Positions 40,447-50,452 of a stretch of 64,000 nucleotides of DNA are shown here, in pieces. Source of the DNA: a virus; IMG/VR virus record IMGVR_UViG_3300008448_000018, positions 37,517 through 101,516 of that record; one strand, written 5' to 3'. The notes beneath the pieces were generated by a model. It had not been told where the DNA came from and searched no databases. It worked only from the letters and a program-made list of their open reading frames with translations. The stretch's first letter is position 1, and each line of letters starts with the position of its first letter. The translations under genes and the position numbers were made by a program.

Positions 40447-42477
40447 CTAATAAAGTTTGATCTCACAAGCATCTGTAGAACAATACTTTTCAGACTCGGC
40501 ATCTAGATTATCCTTGCCATCATAAATAGCAGACCAGTCAATCTTGCCAATTGTTCCTACGTAAGCATTATATTCTTCTCGTGTGATCTCTGTATAAGGC
40601 TGTTGCGGATAAGTCTTATTTCCCATTGGAAGGAATGAGACTGCCTTGAGTTGTCCCTCGTACATGTTGAGTGCTGGAGCAACAAACTTTTTCTCTTCTT
40701 CCTTATCAAATGATAGTGTTACAGAAACACCATTATCTGACCAGTACTTCTGAGCAGTTGCTGCCAAACCAATTTTTTCAAATAGGCTAACCTGCTTCTC
40801 AGAACGCTTATGTCCTGACGCAACTGGGAAATATACAACTTGTGTATTTGCTGATACAAGATCTGCTTCAATCTTATACCCTGCTGCTTTAAATAAATGA
40901 AGCATTGGATCTTGATCTCCAAAACGAATAGCACGAAGATAGAATTCTCCGCCAGGTCCCCAGTGAACTCCAGGTGTAGCACCAGAGAGAAGTGAGACAG
41001 ATCCTGAAGGCTTAACAGTTGTTACACGAACTGATTCACGAACACATAGCCACTCGGAATAGGAATGATCGTATTTACGAATTGTATTATATCCTTCATC
41101 CATCCATTCACGAATAACTGGAAGACCGTGCTCATCAGCAAATGCAGCAATACCTGTAAGAGATGTACCAATACGGCGGTTACGTTGCATAATACCGTTT
41201 GTCTGTTGCCAATGCGTTGGCATAAGAGTAACAGTCTTACCATACAAATATGCAAACTTCAATGTCTTTAGAAAGTCTTCTTTAGATTCATGACGGTTTA
41301 AGTGCACTTCTACAAGTGTACAAAGTTCATATGATTCCAATGGCTGCTCTGCACAAGGATTAAAACCCATAATTCTAGAATCTTTTCCATCTGCAGGATC
41401 TGCAAGACGACCAAAGTTTCTAGCAACATCAAGCCAAATAAAACCTGGCTCACCATTATCTGCAATTAGGTCAACATAGTCTTCATACTTTGTTCCTACT
41501 TCTGCAGCAATAGAGTTATTACTCATCCATGCCCAACCTGGTTTTTCTGGATCATATGAGTTGCGTTCTGGAAATACCTCTGGATTTTTAAGATTAATAA
41601 AACCTTCATCTCCAGGAGAGCCCAAAGCAAGAGTTGCTGAGCGACGAACATTGCCAGATACTACACATGTCCCAATAAGATTTACAATGTCGACAATAGC
41701 ACGAGAATCAAGAACTTCTCCCGCTCTAGAGCCAATTACATTACGAATCCGTGTATGGAGATCAATAAGTGGTGCTGGACCGCTTGCAACGCCTCCAAAG
41801 CCTTTAATAGGGGCTCCTAGAGGACGGATAAGGTCATAGTTGAACTCTTGGATAGGTTGATTTTGGCGCAGGAAGGAGTTAATTAAGAGACGAACTGATT
41901 CTACCCAACCTTCACGGGTGTCTGGGATTTCATAGATTGAGGCTGGTTCTGTAGGAGCATAGATAGGCATCTGCTTATCCTGACCAATGGTATCAAACCC
42001 TACACCTATACCTAACATCAATGCATCCATTACCCAAGCGAACAAGGCTCCTGGATCATTACGATCAATATCACGAGTGGATACCATAGCACAGTTTTGA
42101 AGGGAAGCAGAGTTACGCTTCTCCATAGTCATAGGTGTGCCAAATGCCCAGAGTCCACGACCTGGTGGTGTCCACTTTAACTCAAACATTCTTTGAAAGG
42201 CTTCTTGTGCAGACTTCTGTGCTTTGTTATCGTTCCATGGTAGGCGATTATCTTTAGCATGGTTCTTTTGTACTGAATACATACCCTCGATTACACGACG
42301 GCAAACCTCATGCCAGCGTTCCTTTGTACCGTCTTCTTTAACACGAGAATATGTACGAATAAATGTAATTTCTCCTAACGAGTTTGAGCCTGCGTCTGAA
42401 AAGCCAAACGGTGCTGGCACATTATTATATTTATTTACAAAATCCTCCGACAAACGGAATGAGAAAACATCTGACAT
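40447..42477 (-). CDS. nrdJ: class II (B12-dependent) ribonucleotide reductase
   Basis: PPGRGLW, LQNC, GNVRRSA, NPCAEQ, TTVKPSG, C-terminal CSTDAC; no small-subunit gene adjacent. Confidence 0.93.
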   Translation of the reverse strand: MSDVFSFRLSEDFVNKYNNVPAPFGFSDAGSNSLGEITFIRTYSRVKEDGTKERWHEVCRRVIEGMYSVQKNHAKDNRLPWNDNKAQKSAQEAFQRMFELKWTPPGRGLWAFGTPMTMEKRNSASLQNCAMVSTRDIDRNDPGALFAWVMDALMLGIGVGFDTIGQDKQMPIYAPTEPASIYEIPDTREGWVESVRLLINSFLRQNQPIQEFNYDLIRPLGAPIKGFGGVASGPAPLIDLHTRIRNVIGSRAGEVLDSRAIVDIVNLIGTCVVSGNVRRSATLALGSPGDEGFINLKNPEVFPERNSYDPEKPGWAWMSNNSIAAEVGTKYEDYVDLIADNGEPGFIWLDVARNFGRLADPADGKDSRIMGFNPCAEQPLESYELCTLVEVHLNRHESKEDFLKTLKFAYLYGKTVTLMPTHWQQTNGIMQRNRRIGTSLTGIAAFADEHGLPVIREWMDEGYNTIRKYDHSYSEWLCVRESVRVTTVKPSGSVSLLSGATPGVHWGPGGEFYLRAIRFGDQDPMLHLFKAAGYKIEADLVSANTQVVYFPVASGHKRSEKQVSLFEKIGLAATAQKYWSDNGVSVTLSFDKEEEKKFVAPALNMYEGQLKAVSFLPMGNKTYPQQPYTEITREEYNAYVGTIGKIDWSAIYDGKDNLDAESEKYCSTDACEIKLY

Positions 42478-42623
42478 TTATTTACCTTTCATAGAAAATT
42501 AATAGAGTACTTCACAAATTCGGAAGTAGTCCTAGTATATCACAAATTTATAAAAAGAAAATACGCATAAATTAGACAGTAAATGTTTAGTTTAGAGTTA
42601 AGTACTTTTGTTATAATAAAGTA

Positions 42624-44162
42624 CTAGCAACCAATTAGCATAAGTTCGCTAAATGCTGCACCTGCTGCAGGAGTTGACCAAGAAAGTGTACCTGATCCAT
42701 TTGTAGACAATGTTTGTCCACTTGTTCCATCTGCGCTTGGAAGTGTCCAGATTCTATTTGTGGTAACTGTACCAGGAGACTTAAAGCCAACATAATGTGT
42801 TGAGTCTGTGTCTGCTAATCTAAGTTCTGCTGTAGCATTAAGTGTAAATGCTGTTGTAGCAACAGCGCTTGAAAGTGTTTTGTTTGTTAGTGTATCTGTT
42901 GATGATGTTGTTACAACATTTACACCCTCAATTGCCACCACGCCAGCAGACACTCTAGAGATGGTTGTATCTGTAGCATGACCTAACTCAATGCTTCCAA
43001 GACCTAATGCTGCTGAAGTTGAAGATGTAATACCACTAACAGGAAGACCAGTAGCATTAGTTAATGTACCGCTGGAAGGAGTTCCTAGTGCACCACCTGA
43101 AGTAAGTAGTGTTGCTGATGAAGGAATGGTTGTTGAGTTAATAGTTAAACCATCAATATTTGTTACAGTAGATCCTGATCCTATAGACGTTGACCCAAGC
43201 GTTGGAGCAGAGTATGAAGATACTGTTCCCCAAGAAGCAGTAGTTCCATCTGTGGTTAAATATTTTCCTGAGTTCCCAGTTTGTGAAGGAAGGCTTATAG
43301 GCGCTGCTGCCCATTCAATTCCATTTGTTGCAGATGAATTAGCGGTAAGGATATATCCGTTTGTACCTACCCCAAGTTTTGCTGGAGTATTATCTGCAGA
43401 AGCAACTAAAAGATCTCCTTTAGCATCAAACAACGATTCATCTACTTTTCCATCTAATTGTGTTTGAATTGCTGAAGTAACTCCATTGAGATAGCCAATC
43501 TCTGTATCATCAACATTTTCAACTCTAAGTTGTACAGTTCCTGTAGCATCTGGAAGAGTAATAGTTCTATCAACAGTAGGATCTGTAACTGTTAAAGTAG
43601 TTTCAAATGCGTCTGCTGTTGTACCTTCAAAAACAAAAGCATTTTGAATATTAACAGTTGTTGAGTTTACTGTTGTAGTGGTTCCATTGACAGTTAGATT
43701 ACCAGATAGGGTTAAATCTGCTGCATTAACAGTTCCAGTAAATGTTGGGTTTGCTAAAGTAGCATATGAAGAAAGATCTGTTGTTAATGCTACTGTTCCT
43801 GTAGCGTTGGGAAATGTAATGGTTCTGTCAGCAGTTGGGTCTGTTACTACTAAAGTGGTTTCATGAGCATCTTCTGTACCTTCAAAAACAATACCCGCTG
43901 GAGCAAGAATGTTTTTACTTGCATCAAGTTCTGCAACACCATTGACTGCACTTTTTTCACTATCTGGAATATAAGAACCAAGACTAGTATCTAACGAAGA
44001 TGAACTTACAATATAGTCTAATCCAGACCAGTTAGTAACACCATCGCCGACTTTAATTTGACCAAGGGTGCTGTTATAGCCGATTTCACCTTCAGTAAGG
44101 GTTGGATTTGCAGTATTCCACTCGGAGGTAGTACCTCTACGAACTTGAATCCTAGTTGCCAT
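42624..44162 (-). CDS. tail fibre-like protein with Mtd/hyaluronidase-type N-terminus
   Basis: MATRIQVRRGT..W...NPTL..GEIG....KVGDG..W; repeated FEG..ETTL.VTDPT.DRTIT modules. Confidence 0.7.
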   Translation of the reverse strand: MATRIQVRRGTTSEWNTANPTLTEGEIGYNSTLGQIKVGDGVTNWSGLDYIVSSSSLDTSLGSYIPDSEKSAVNGVAELDASKNILAPAGIVFEGTEDAHETTLVVTDPTADRTITFPNATGTVALTTDLSSYATLANPTFTGTVNAADLTLSGNLTVNGTTTTVNSTTVNIQNAFVFEGTTADAFETTLTVTDPTVDRTITLPDATGTVQLRVENVDDTEIGYLNGVTSAIQTQLDGKVDESLFDAKGDLLVASADNTPAKLGVGTNGYILTANSSATNGIEWAAAPISLPSQTGNSGKYLTTDGTTASWGTVSSYSAPTLGSTSIGSGSTVTNIDGLTINSTTIPSSATLLTSGGALGTPSSGTLTNATGLPVSGITSSTSAALGLGSIELGHATDTTISRVSAGVVAIEGVNVVTTSSTDTLTNKTLSSAVATTAFTLNATAELRLADTDSTHYVGFKSPGTVTTNRIWTLPSADGTSGQTLSTNGSGTLSWSTPAAGAAFSELMLIGC

Positions 44163-44188
44163 TTATTAATCCTCCAACGTTTATTATA

Positions 44189-44542
44189 TCAGAATTGTTC
44201 ACTTGGACTACCACCATCTGCTGAAGGTAAAGCGTTTGTAAAAGTAGTGTTTGGAGCACCACCGTTTAGTGTAGCAAATAATGTTGGATAGGTCATACCA
44301 TTTCCATCATATTCATATTGAGCATCAAGATATGTTGCTATTGGGTTCCACTCACCATTTAAGTAATAGTAAATTCTTTCTGTAACAGTATATAAAAATA
44401 ATTGACCATTAGAGGGGCTTACTGGAAATGTACTTCCAACCGTAAGGGCTGCGGTATTTTGTACAGTATTATCAGGAAAAGTAACTCCAGTAGCGACCTT
44501 AATACCTTGTTTTACAACAAAGTCTTTATTATTAGTTGCCAC
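44189..44542 (-). CDS. small fibre-associated virion protein
   Basis: N-terminus KDFVVKQG similar to that of 44570..46759; GTG start. Confidence 0.6.
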   Translation of the reverse strand: MATNNKDFVVKQGIKVATGVTFPDNTVQNTAALTVGSTFPVSPSNGQLFLYTVTERIYYYLNGEWNPIATYLDAQYEYDGNGMTYPTLFATLNGGAPNTTFTNALPSADGGSPSEQF

Positions 44543-44569
44543 TGAAGTTCACTGTCCCTTCAGCCCACA

Positions 44570-46759
44570 TTACGCTTCGATAAGCGTCTTGTGAACCTTT
44601 ACTGTTGTACCATTTGATGCTGTAACCTTTAGGCGAACATTTCCACCTGAATAGTCTGCATCTGTTGTACCAATCTGTGCATTACTCTGAACATCCGCAT
44701 ATTCAGTTAGATAAACATTGTTTTCTCCATTAACAGTTACTAGAACTTCTAGAACTTCAATGTCATTACCGTTAACCATTTGTACAAGATACTTTGCTGA
44801 ACGGTATGCAGTTGCTGACCAAGAGTCTATAACAGTTGCATTTCCATCAGTAAGTGCCTGTGTTGCTGTTCCAATAAGAGCATCAGCAAGAGTAATTGAA
44901 CCTGTTAATGCAAGGCTTGTACCTGATGCAGCACCAATGTTTGGTGTTGTAAATGATGGAGATACTAACGCAGCCTTTGTATCAAGTTGTGCTTGAATGC
45001 CTGAAGTAACACCGTTAAGATATCCAATTTCTGTATCTGAAACATCTGCCACTCTTAACTGAACAACTGTAGAATCTACTGTGATTGCAGGTGTTGCATC
45101 TGCGTATGTAAGACCAGATCCAAGAATTCCACCCACTGCATCTTGTGCTCTTTCGTCAGTGAAATACTTGTTTGTAGATCCTTCAGCAATATCATCAGAT
45201 CCTAATGTACGAGTTCCGCCAAGTGATGTGGACGTACCATTAATTGTAATTGCTGAGTTTGACAAAGCATTGTTTGGAATATTTGTTAGTGTATTTGCTG
45301 AACCACTAATTGACTTATTTGTTAATGTTTGCGCTGTAGATAAATCTGCAGTAATTGTTGTATTAATGGTAAATGTATTACCAGTTAATGTTAAACCATT
45401 ACCTGCTAGGTATGTACCAGAACCTGAGAACTGAGTAAATACGATTGCGTCTGTTCCAATTGTTGCTGGCTTGTTTGTTTGTACCCATCCAGTGCTGGCA
45501 TTAACTGTACCTGCATATACGAATATGAAGTCACCAGAATCAACCTCAGTAGCAGTATCAAAGTCTGTAGCACGAGTTGGCTGACCAGAAGCCTGAACTA
45601 CGTAAATACCGTTTTCAGATTGTGTTGTCTGGTTCTTAACAAGAACACGATCTCCTGTTGCAAGGGTTACTCCGTCAAGAGTATCTCCATTTTCAAGAGC
45701 ATTTGCTAGGTTAACGTTTGCTGTTGTTGCTGCACGAGCAGACTCATGAATATGTAGACCTTCTGTAACTGAGTCTACATAAGCCTTTGTAGCAGCATCT
45801 GTCGAATCAGTTGGTGTTCCAAGACTTGTAATCTTGTAAGTTGCTAGACTAACATTTCCAGTTGGTGCTCCAACTGCGCTTAGTGCAAACTCTGAAGGGT
45901 CTACAGAAATTGCTCCTGAAGAATCATCATAATCAAGACCATTGCCTACAGAATTTCCAACAGCGTCTTGTGCTCTTTCGTCTGTGAAGTAAAGGTTTGT
46001 TCCTTCTGAAATATTTGATGTTGAAGCATTTGCTGTTGCAAACTTTGCATCTAGTTGTGTCTGAATAGCAGAAGTTACACCATTAAGGTATCCAATTTCA
46101 GTATCGGAAACATCTGCAACTCTTGCCTGGATTGTACTTGTATTTACAGAAATTGCTCCAGTGCTGTCATCATATGAAAGTCCGTTGCCAACTGCATTAC
46201 CTACAGCATCTTGCGCTCTTTCATCTGTAAAGTATTTATTTGTTGAACCTTCTGCAATATCGTCAGAACCTAATGTACGTGAACCACCAAGAGATGTTGA
46301 TGTACCGTTAATAGTAATTGCTGAATTTGAAAGTTTATCATTTGCAATTGATCCTGCAAGCATTGCATTTGTTACAGTTGCCGTATCGCCAGTTGTTACA
46401 ACAGTACCTGTTACGTCAGGAAGTGTAATTGTACGATCTGCTGTTGGGTCAGTTACCTGAAGAGTTGTTTCAAAAGAATCGGCTGTTGCACCTTCAAAAA
46501 CAATTGAGGTTTCAAATGATCCGACTGCTGGGGCTGCTGCCCATTTTAGTCCTTTTGCTTCGTTTGAGTCTGCTGTTAAAACATATCCGTTTGTTCCAGC
46601 AGTTAAAATATCTGTTGTGTTATCTGCAGTACCAACAATTAAATCACCTTTTGCATTTATGATTGATTTTGTAAGTACATCGTGTCCATTGACGGTAGCA
46701 GTACTACCCTCAACAACTAAGCCATTTTTGATTCTAAAGGCTTTGTCTACTGTTGCCAT
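44570..46759 (-). CDS. repeat-rich tail fibre-like protein (729 aa)
   Basis: Three EG.N.YFTDERAQDAVG repeats; DAATKAYVD; GDRVLVKNQT...ENGIY. Confidence 0.7.
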   Translation of the reverse strand: MATVDKAFRIKNGLVVEGSTATVNGHDVLTKSIINAKGDLIVGTADNTTDILTAGTNGYVLTADSNEAKGLKWAAAPAVGSFETSIVFEGATADSFETTLQVTDPTADRTITLPDVTGTVVTTGDTATVTNAMLAGSIANDKLSNSAITINGTSTSLGGSRTLGSDDIAEGSTNKYFTDERAQDAVGNAVGNGLSYDDSTGAISVNTSTIQARVADVSDTEIGYLNGVTSAIQTQLDAKFATANASTSNISEGTNLYFTDERAQDAVGNSVGNGLDYDDSSGAISVDPSEFALSAVGAPTGNVSLATYKITSLGTPTDSTDAATKAYVDSVTEGLHIHESARAATTANVNLANALENGDTLDGVTLATGDRVLVKNQTTQSENGIYVVQASGQPTRATDFDTATEVDSGDFIFVYAGTVNASTGWVQTNKPATIGTDAIVFTQFSGSGTYLAGNGLTLTGNTFTINTTITADLSTAQTLTNKSISGSANTLTNIPNNALSNSAITINGTSTSLGGTRTLGSDDIAEGSTNKYFTDERAQDAVGGILGSGLTYADATPAITVDSTVVQLRVADVSDTEIGYLNGVTSGIQAQLDTKAALVSPSFTTPNIGAASGTSLALTGSITLADALIGTATQALTDGNATVIDSWSATAYRSAKYLVQMVNGNDIEVLEVLVTVNGENNVYLTEYADVQSNAQIGTTDADYSGGNVRLKVTASNGTTVKVHKTLIEA
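45138..46330. repeat. imperfect ~125-bp direct repeat pair (45138-45262 and 46206-46330)
   Basis: Both encode SNSAITINGTSTSLGG.RTLGSDDIAEGSTNKYFTDERAQDA. Confidence 0.8.
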
Positions 46760-46775
46760 GTGGTGCTCCTTTGGG

Positions 46776-47213
46776 TCATGCCTTCAAACCAGTTCGATAG
46801 TACCGAATGGTCATCGGCGATAGTACGGGTGTTACCGTCATACTGATTATACCAGAATTTAAATTAGCAGTGATATTTCCAATAGCATTTGCCGTATTGG
46901 ATACCGTGCCAAACTCTGTTATATTTTGATTTGTTCCATCAAAAACTATGTTTATCTCTGTACTCTTATATACACTTGTAGATGGGTGTGAAACCTGAAT
47001 AAGATACTTTATGGTTCTCCAGACACTGGTATCAATAGTGTCAAATACTGTTGCTGTTTCAATACCTGTTATTGTTGATGAATTGTTGCCATCTCCACCT
47101 AATGCTTCTGCACGGTATGAGGTAGTATCAATTAAGTCTGCAAAGTCTTGTCCAGTAGGTCTATCTCCAGACTCAAACTTTGTCTTTAGCGTGGTTATTG
47201 GTACTATAGCCAT
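46776..47213 (-). CDS. virion protein
   Basis: LKTKFESGDRPTGQDFADLID N-terminus; C-terminus similar to the C-terminal domain of 44570..46759. Confidence 0.6.
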   Translation of the reverse strand: MAIVPITTLKTKFESGDRPTGQDFADLIDTTSYRAEALGGDGNNSSTITGIETATVFDTIDTSVWRTIKYLIQVSHPSTSVYKSTEINIVFDGTNQNITEFGTVSNTANAIGNITANLNSGIISMTVTPVLSPMTIRYYRTGLKA

Positions 47214-47226
47214 ATATGTGATTATA

Positions 47227-47451
47227 TCATAAAATGTAGAAGGTACTACCGATGACTGCTATGCCAATTCCTGGAGTTGTGTTTGTTGAAAAACCAGGAT
47301 AACCAATATCTTTAAACCTAACCTTGAATGGGTATATTCCCTGAACCTCTGCAAGAGTGGTTCCTATTCTTGTTATGTTTACATCTGTATATTCAGTTGG
47401 CTTTACCGATACCTTCGCAATTTCAAGGGTAGTAATTTTTTCAACTGGCAT
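47227..47451 (-). CDS. small virion-associated protein
   Basis: Packed ORF ending PGIGIAVIGSTFYIL. Confidence 0.55.
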   Translation of the reverse strand: MPVEKITTLEIAKVSVKPTEYTDVNITRIGTTLAEVQGIYPFKVRFKDIGYPGFSTNTTPGIGIAVIGSTFYIL

Positions 47452-47453
47452 AA

Positions 47454-47843
47454 TTAACTCTCAGCAGAAGTTACATCTTCAATTACTGTTATAGTACCCT
47501 TGCAGATTGTCCATGTGCGGGTAGCGTCAGATAATTGAATGTCAAAAATATCACCAGTCTCAAGATCTTCTGATTCACCAGAAGTAAGTGAAACAGTAAA
47601 CTCACCATCGTCATCTTGTAGAGTTACTTCTGGAGAAAGTGAAACAATTAATGTATTGCTAGTTGATGGTCTAACAATATCCATCGAGATAGTCCACTCG
47701 CTAATGGTTAGTGGATTACGATTTTCATCTGTTACATAAACTCTAAATGCTGCTGTGTCTCCACGAACTACTGTCCAAAGAACATTTGGTGGGGCTGCTC
47801 CAATAGAAAAAGAATCTGATCCTTGCCCTCTGTATGTAGCCAT
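47454..47843 (-). CDS. BppU-N/Ig-like 'RGDT' domain protein
   Basis: WTVVRGDT...FDIQL...KGTITV..DVT. Confidence 0.55.
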   Translation of the reverse strand: MATYRGQGSDSFSIGAAPPNVLWTVVRGDTAAFRVYVTDENRNPLTISEWTISMDIVRPSTSNTLIVSLSPEVTLQDDDGEFTVSLTSGESEDLETGDIFDIQLSDATRTWTICKGTITVIEDVTSAES

Positions 47844-48367
47844 TATAGTAAGCCTTCCTTAAGTGCTCCCCAAGTTGCTGCCCTTGATCGTGGGGATGAA
47901 ACAATAATAACACCACTTGTTGAATTAGATTTTGCAACAACTCCAACAGTGACAACATTTGATGCTGGCTTAGTTGCTGTAAGCCCTCCACCAGATGCTA
48001 CATATAAAACATCTCCTGCTGTATATGAAGCGGTATTAATATCAGTAAAAACACCAGAGATAACAATAATGCCATCTGAGTTATTTCCAATTGCAGACTG
48101 CGCCAAACCAACTACTGGAAATGTACCAATTGTTGCAATATCTGATTTTGCTACTGTTGGTTTAGTTGAATATCCTGTTATGTATACTGGATCTCCTTTT
48201 GCAATTGATACCCCGCTAACATTGCGAATTTCAAGGGTATGAAATGGAAGACCAATTGTAGGTAATACGGCATCTATTGCTTCTGCTAATGATTGAATAT
48301 CCCCAGCAACATCTACAGGATCTGTGTTTGTTGGGTAGGGTAAATCATAAATAGTTGTTTCAGCCAT
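47843..48367 (-). CDS. virion protein
   Basis: YDLPYP..DP.DV.GDIQ.LA N-terminus; GDPVYI...GDVLYV domain. Confidence 0.55.
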   Translation of the reverse strand: MAETTIYDLPYPTNTDPVDVAGDIQSLAEAIDAVLPTIGLPFHTLEIRNVSGVSIAKGDPVYITGYSTKPTVAKSDIATIGTFPVVGLAQSAIGNNSDGIIVISGVFTDINTASYTAGDVLYVASGGGLTATKPASNVVTVGVVAKSNSTSGVIIVSSPRSRAATWGALKEGLL

Positions 48368-48429
48368 TCAATTATTATACCACTTCCAAGCATAACATTT
48401 ATAATAAAATAAAAAAATATTGTTAAAAC

Positions 48430-48484
48430 TTGTTTTTTAAAGCAAATTCGTGCTACAATTAGATTAAGGCTACCGTGAGGTAGC
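48430..48484 (+). promoter_or_regulatory. promoter and 5' hairpin of the lytic transglycosylase gene
   Basis: TTGTTT-N18-TACAAT with extended TG (48451-48459); GCTACC-GTGA-GGTAGC hairpin 48469-48484; AGGAGG RBS follows. Confidence 0.6.
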
Positions 48485-48510
48485 AATTTTGCTCTAGGAG
48501 GTAATATACA

Positions 48511-49062
48511 ATGAGAGACAAGAATAAAGGGGTTTGGTTAGGTTTAATAGCACTGGTTGGGTTGTTTGCACCTTTTAGCAACGCCGCTAATGCTCTTGAA
48601 ACTAAAACTCTAATAAAAACTACAGTGGAAAAGGAATCAGCCCTCAAAGGGGCTTTTTTGGTTTCTAAGGAGAAAATGTTAGAGAAGTACGAAAATGCTC
48701 ATAACTTAAGTGATGGGCAGTTGGTTGAACTATTAAAGACAGTAGGTTTCAAAGGAAAGGCTTTACGATCTGCTTGTGCAATCGCCAAGGCTGAGTCTAA
48801 TGGTCGCCCACTTGCTTTTAATGGCAACCTAAAAACTGGAGATAGTTCATACGGAATGTTTCAAATAAACATGATCGGTGAATTGGGTCCAGATCGCAGG
48901 GAGAAGTTTGACTTAAGTTCAAACGCTGAGTTATTTAACCCAGTTACAAATGCACAGGTGGCGCTTCACATGACAAAGAGCGGAACAGATTGGTCATCAT
49001 GGTCGTCCCTAAATGGGGCACGGTATCAGGAATGGTACAACAAATATCCATGTAAAGCATAA
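48511..49062 (+). CDS. secreted lytic transglycosylase (lysozyme-like/SLT)
   Basis: Signal peptide ending ANA; catalytic AIAKAES; GDSSYGMFQIN; LFNPVTN; WSSW. Confidence 0.82.
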   Translation: MRDKNKGVWLGLIALVGLFAPFSNAANALETKTLIKTTVEKESALKGAFLVSKEKMLEKYENAHNLSDGQLVELLKTVGFKGKALRSACAIAKAESNGRPLAFNGNLKTGDSSYGMFQINMIGELGPDRREKFDLSSNAELFNPVTNAQVALHMTKSGTDWSSWSSLNGARYQEWYNKYPCKA

Positions 49063-49069
49063 AATTTAA

Positions 49070-49112
49070 TAAAAAAGACCCCATTAGACATTTTGTCTTT
49101 TGGGGTTTTTTA
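49070..49112. terminator. bidirectional intrinsic terminator
   Basis: AAAAAAGACCCCA...TGGGGTTTTTT between convergent genes. Confidence 0.75.
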
Positions 49113-49123
49113 TTGTTTAAATT

Positions 49124-50452
49124 TTATGAAAGTGGATAACGGATAATAATTAAGCCTGAACCACCTGCGCCACCAACAATAGTTCCACCAGTACCTCCAC
49201 CTCCTCCACCTCCGCCAGTGTTTGCTGTTCCAGCAGTTCCTGTCGTTGGTGTTCCAGCGCCTCCAGCACCGCCACCGCCATAACCACCCCTTGATTGAGT
49301 ACTATTAGTAAAGGCACCGCCTCCGCCGCCACCTGCATAGTAGTAAACTCCACCTACTAATTCACCAGTACCAGTTACTGACCCCCAAGAATTAAAAATA
49401 AGACCATTACCACCATTACCTGCAGTCGTTGCGGTTCCATTTGTTCCAATCTGACCTGCACCACCGCCACCGCCAGCACCACCATTGATTACTGAACCGA
49501 TTCCGCCTGCATATCCTTGACCTACTGTTGGAGTGCCACCAGCATTACTGCCGTAAGCACCTCCTCCACCACCTGAACCTCCTGATGCTCCAGCCACACC
49601 ACCGTTACCTCCACCACCACCGCCAACTGTAGTAAAAGTAGAAAATATAGAAGACGAGCCTCGAACTCCATTAGTACCCGCTGTAGCACCACCTGAACCT
49701 ACTAATGCAGTATAAACAGTTCCTGAATTAAGAGTTTGTGAAACAGGATTAAGTAGTCCTCCAGCACCTCCACCACCAGCCTCATTTATACTTCCTCCAC
49801 CGCCGCCTGCAATAACTAAATATTCAGCACCAGTAATTTTCTGGGAAGGTATAAAAGATCCAGTACTAGTAAATGTATGATAAGCATAACCACCAGCAAC
49901 TGTGAGTGTTCCACCTGTTGCTTTTACACCATTAGATATTCCATATAATGTAAATGTTGAACCTGACAACAAAGTTCTTGGAGTATTATATCCATCTATG
50001 GTTATTGAAGTTATTGGGTTGGTGTCGCTACAAGAGTTTGAAGTAAATCCTACTTGCGAACTGGTAGCATTGTTCTCTGCAGTTCCGTCAGAACTCCATA
50101 ATTTTCTAGTATTAGAAGTATAATTAGAGAAATAAAACTCAGTATTAGAGTAAACTCCTGCTGTTGCTGTAGTAGCAGTACTTATTCCTGAATAGGCATA
50201 TGTCAGTCCAGTAGCGCTTCCACCGTCAGCACCTGTTGAACTTCCAGTACCGTACATTCTTCTATTTGCATAAGTTGCAGCAGTATTACCATTAATAGTA
50301 ATTCTTAAGTCATCTGCATAACTATCTCTTCCAGATCTTGCAGAGCAAACAATCTTCAAATCAGTATAATTTTGCGGAATATTAGAAAAAACTATAGATG
50401 TAACATCTGAAGTAAGTGTATAAGTCTGAATAGGAATAATTGTATTTGGCAT
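49124..50452 (-). CDS. glycine-rich virion/adhesin-like protein
   Basis: FSNIPQ.YTDL N-domain, KATGG, polyglycine repeats, GGSGLIIIRY end. Confidence 0.7.
   Translation of the reverse strand: MPNTIIPIQTYTLTSDVTSIVFSNIPQNYTDLKIVCSARSGRDSYADDLRITINGNTAATYANRRMYGTGSSTGADGGSATGLTYAYSGISTATTATAGVYSNTEFYFSNYTSNTRKLWSSDGTAENNATSSQVGFTSNSCSDTNPITSITIDGYNTPRTLLSGSTFTLYGISNGVKATGGTLTVAGGYAYHTFTSTGSFIPSQKITGAEYLVIAGGGGGSINEAGGGGAGGLLNPVSQTLNSGTVYTALVGSGGATAGTNGVRGSSSIFSTFTTVGGGGGGNGGVAGASGGSGGGGGAYGSNAGGTPTVGQGYAGGIGSVINGGAGGGGGAGQIGTNGTATTAGNGGNGLIFNSWGSVTGTGELVGGVYYYAGGGGGGAFTNSTQSRGGYGGGGAGGAGTPTTGTAGTANTGGGGGGGGTGGTIVGGAGGSGLIIIRYPLS

Noticed and set aside
42478-42623. Cobalamin riboswitch or NrdR boxes upstream of nrdJ
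   Set aside because: The predicted leader is only ~50 nt and AT-rich; no B12 box or convincing NrdR palindrome
42624-44162. Diversity-generating retroelement suggested by the Mtd-like N-terminus
   Set aside because: No reverse transcriptase and no template/variable repeat pair differing only at adenines were seen; the repeats found are in-frame coding repeats with mostly synonymous differences
48368-48510. c-di-AMP (ydaO) riboswitch before the muralytic gene
   Set aside because: The predicted leader is ~45 nt with a single hairpin, too short for that aptamer
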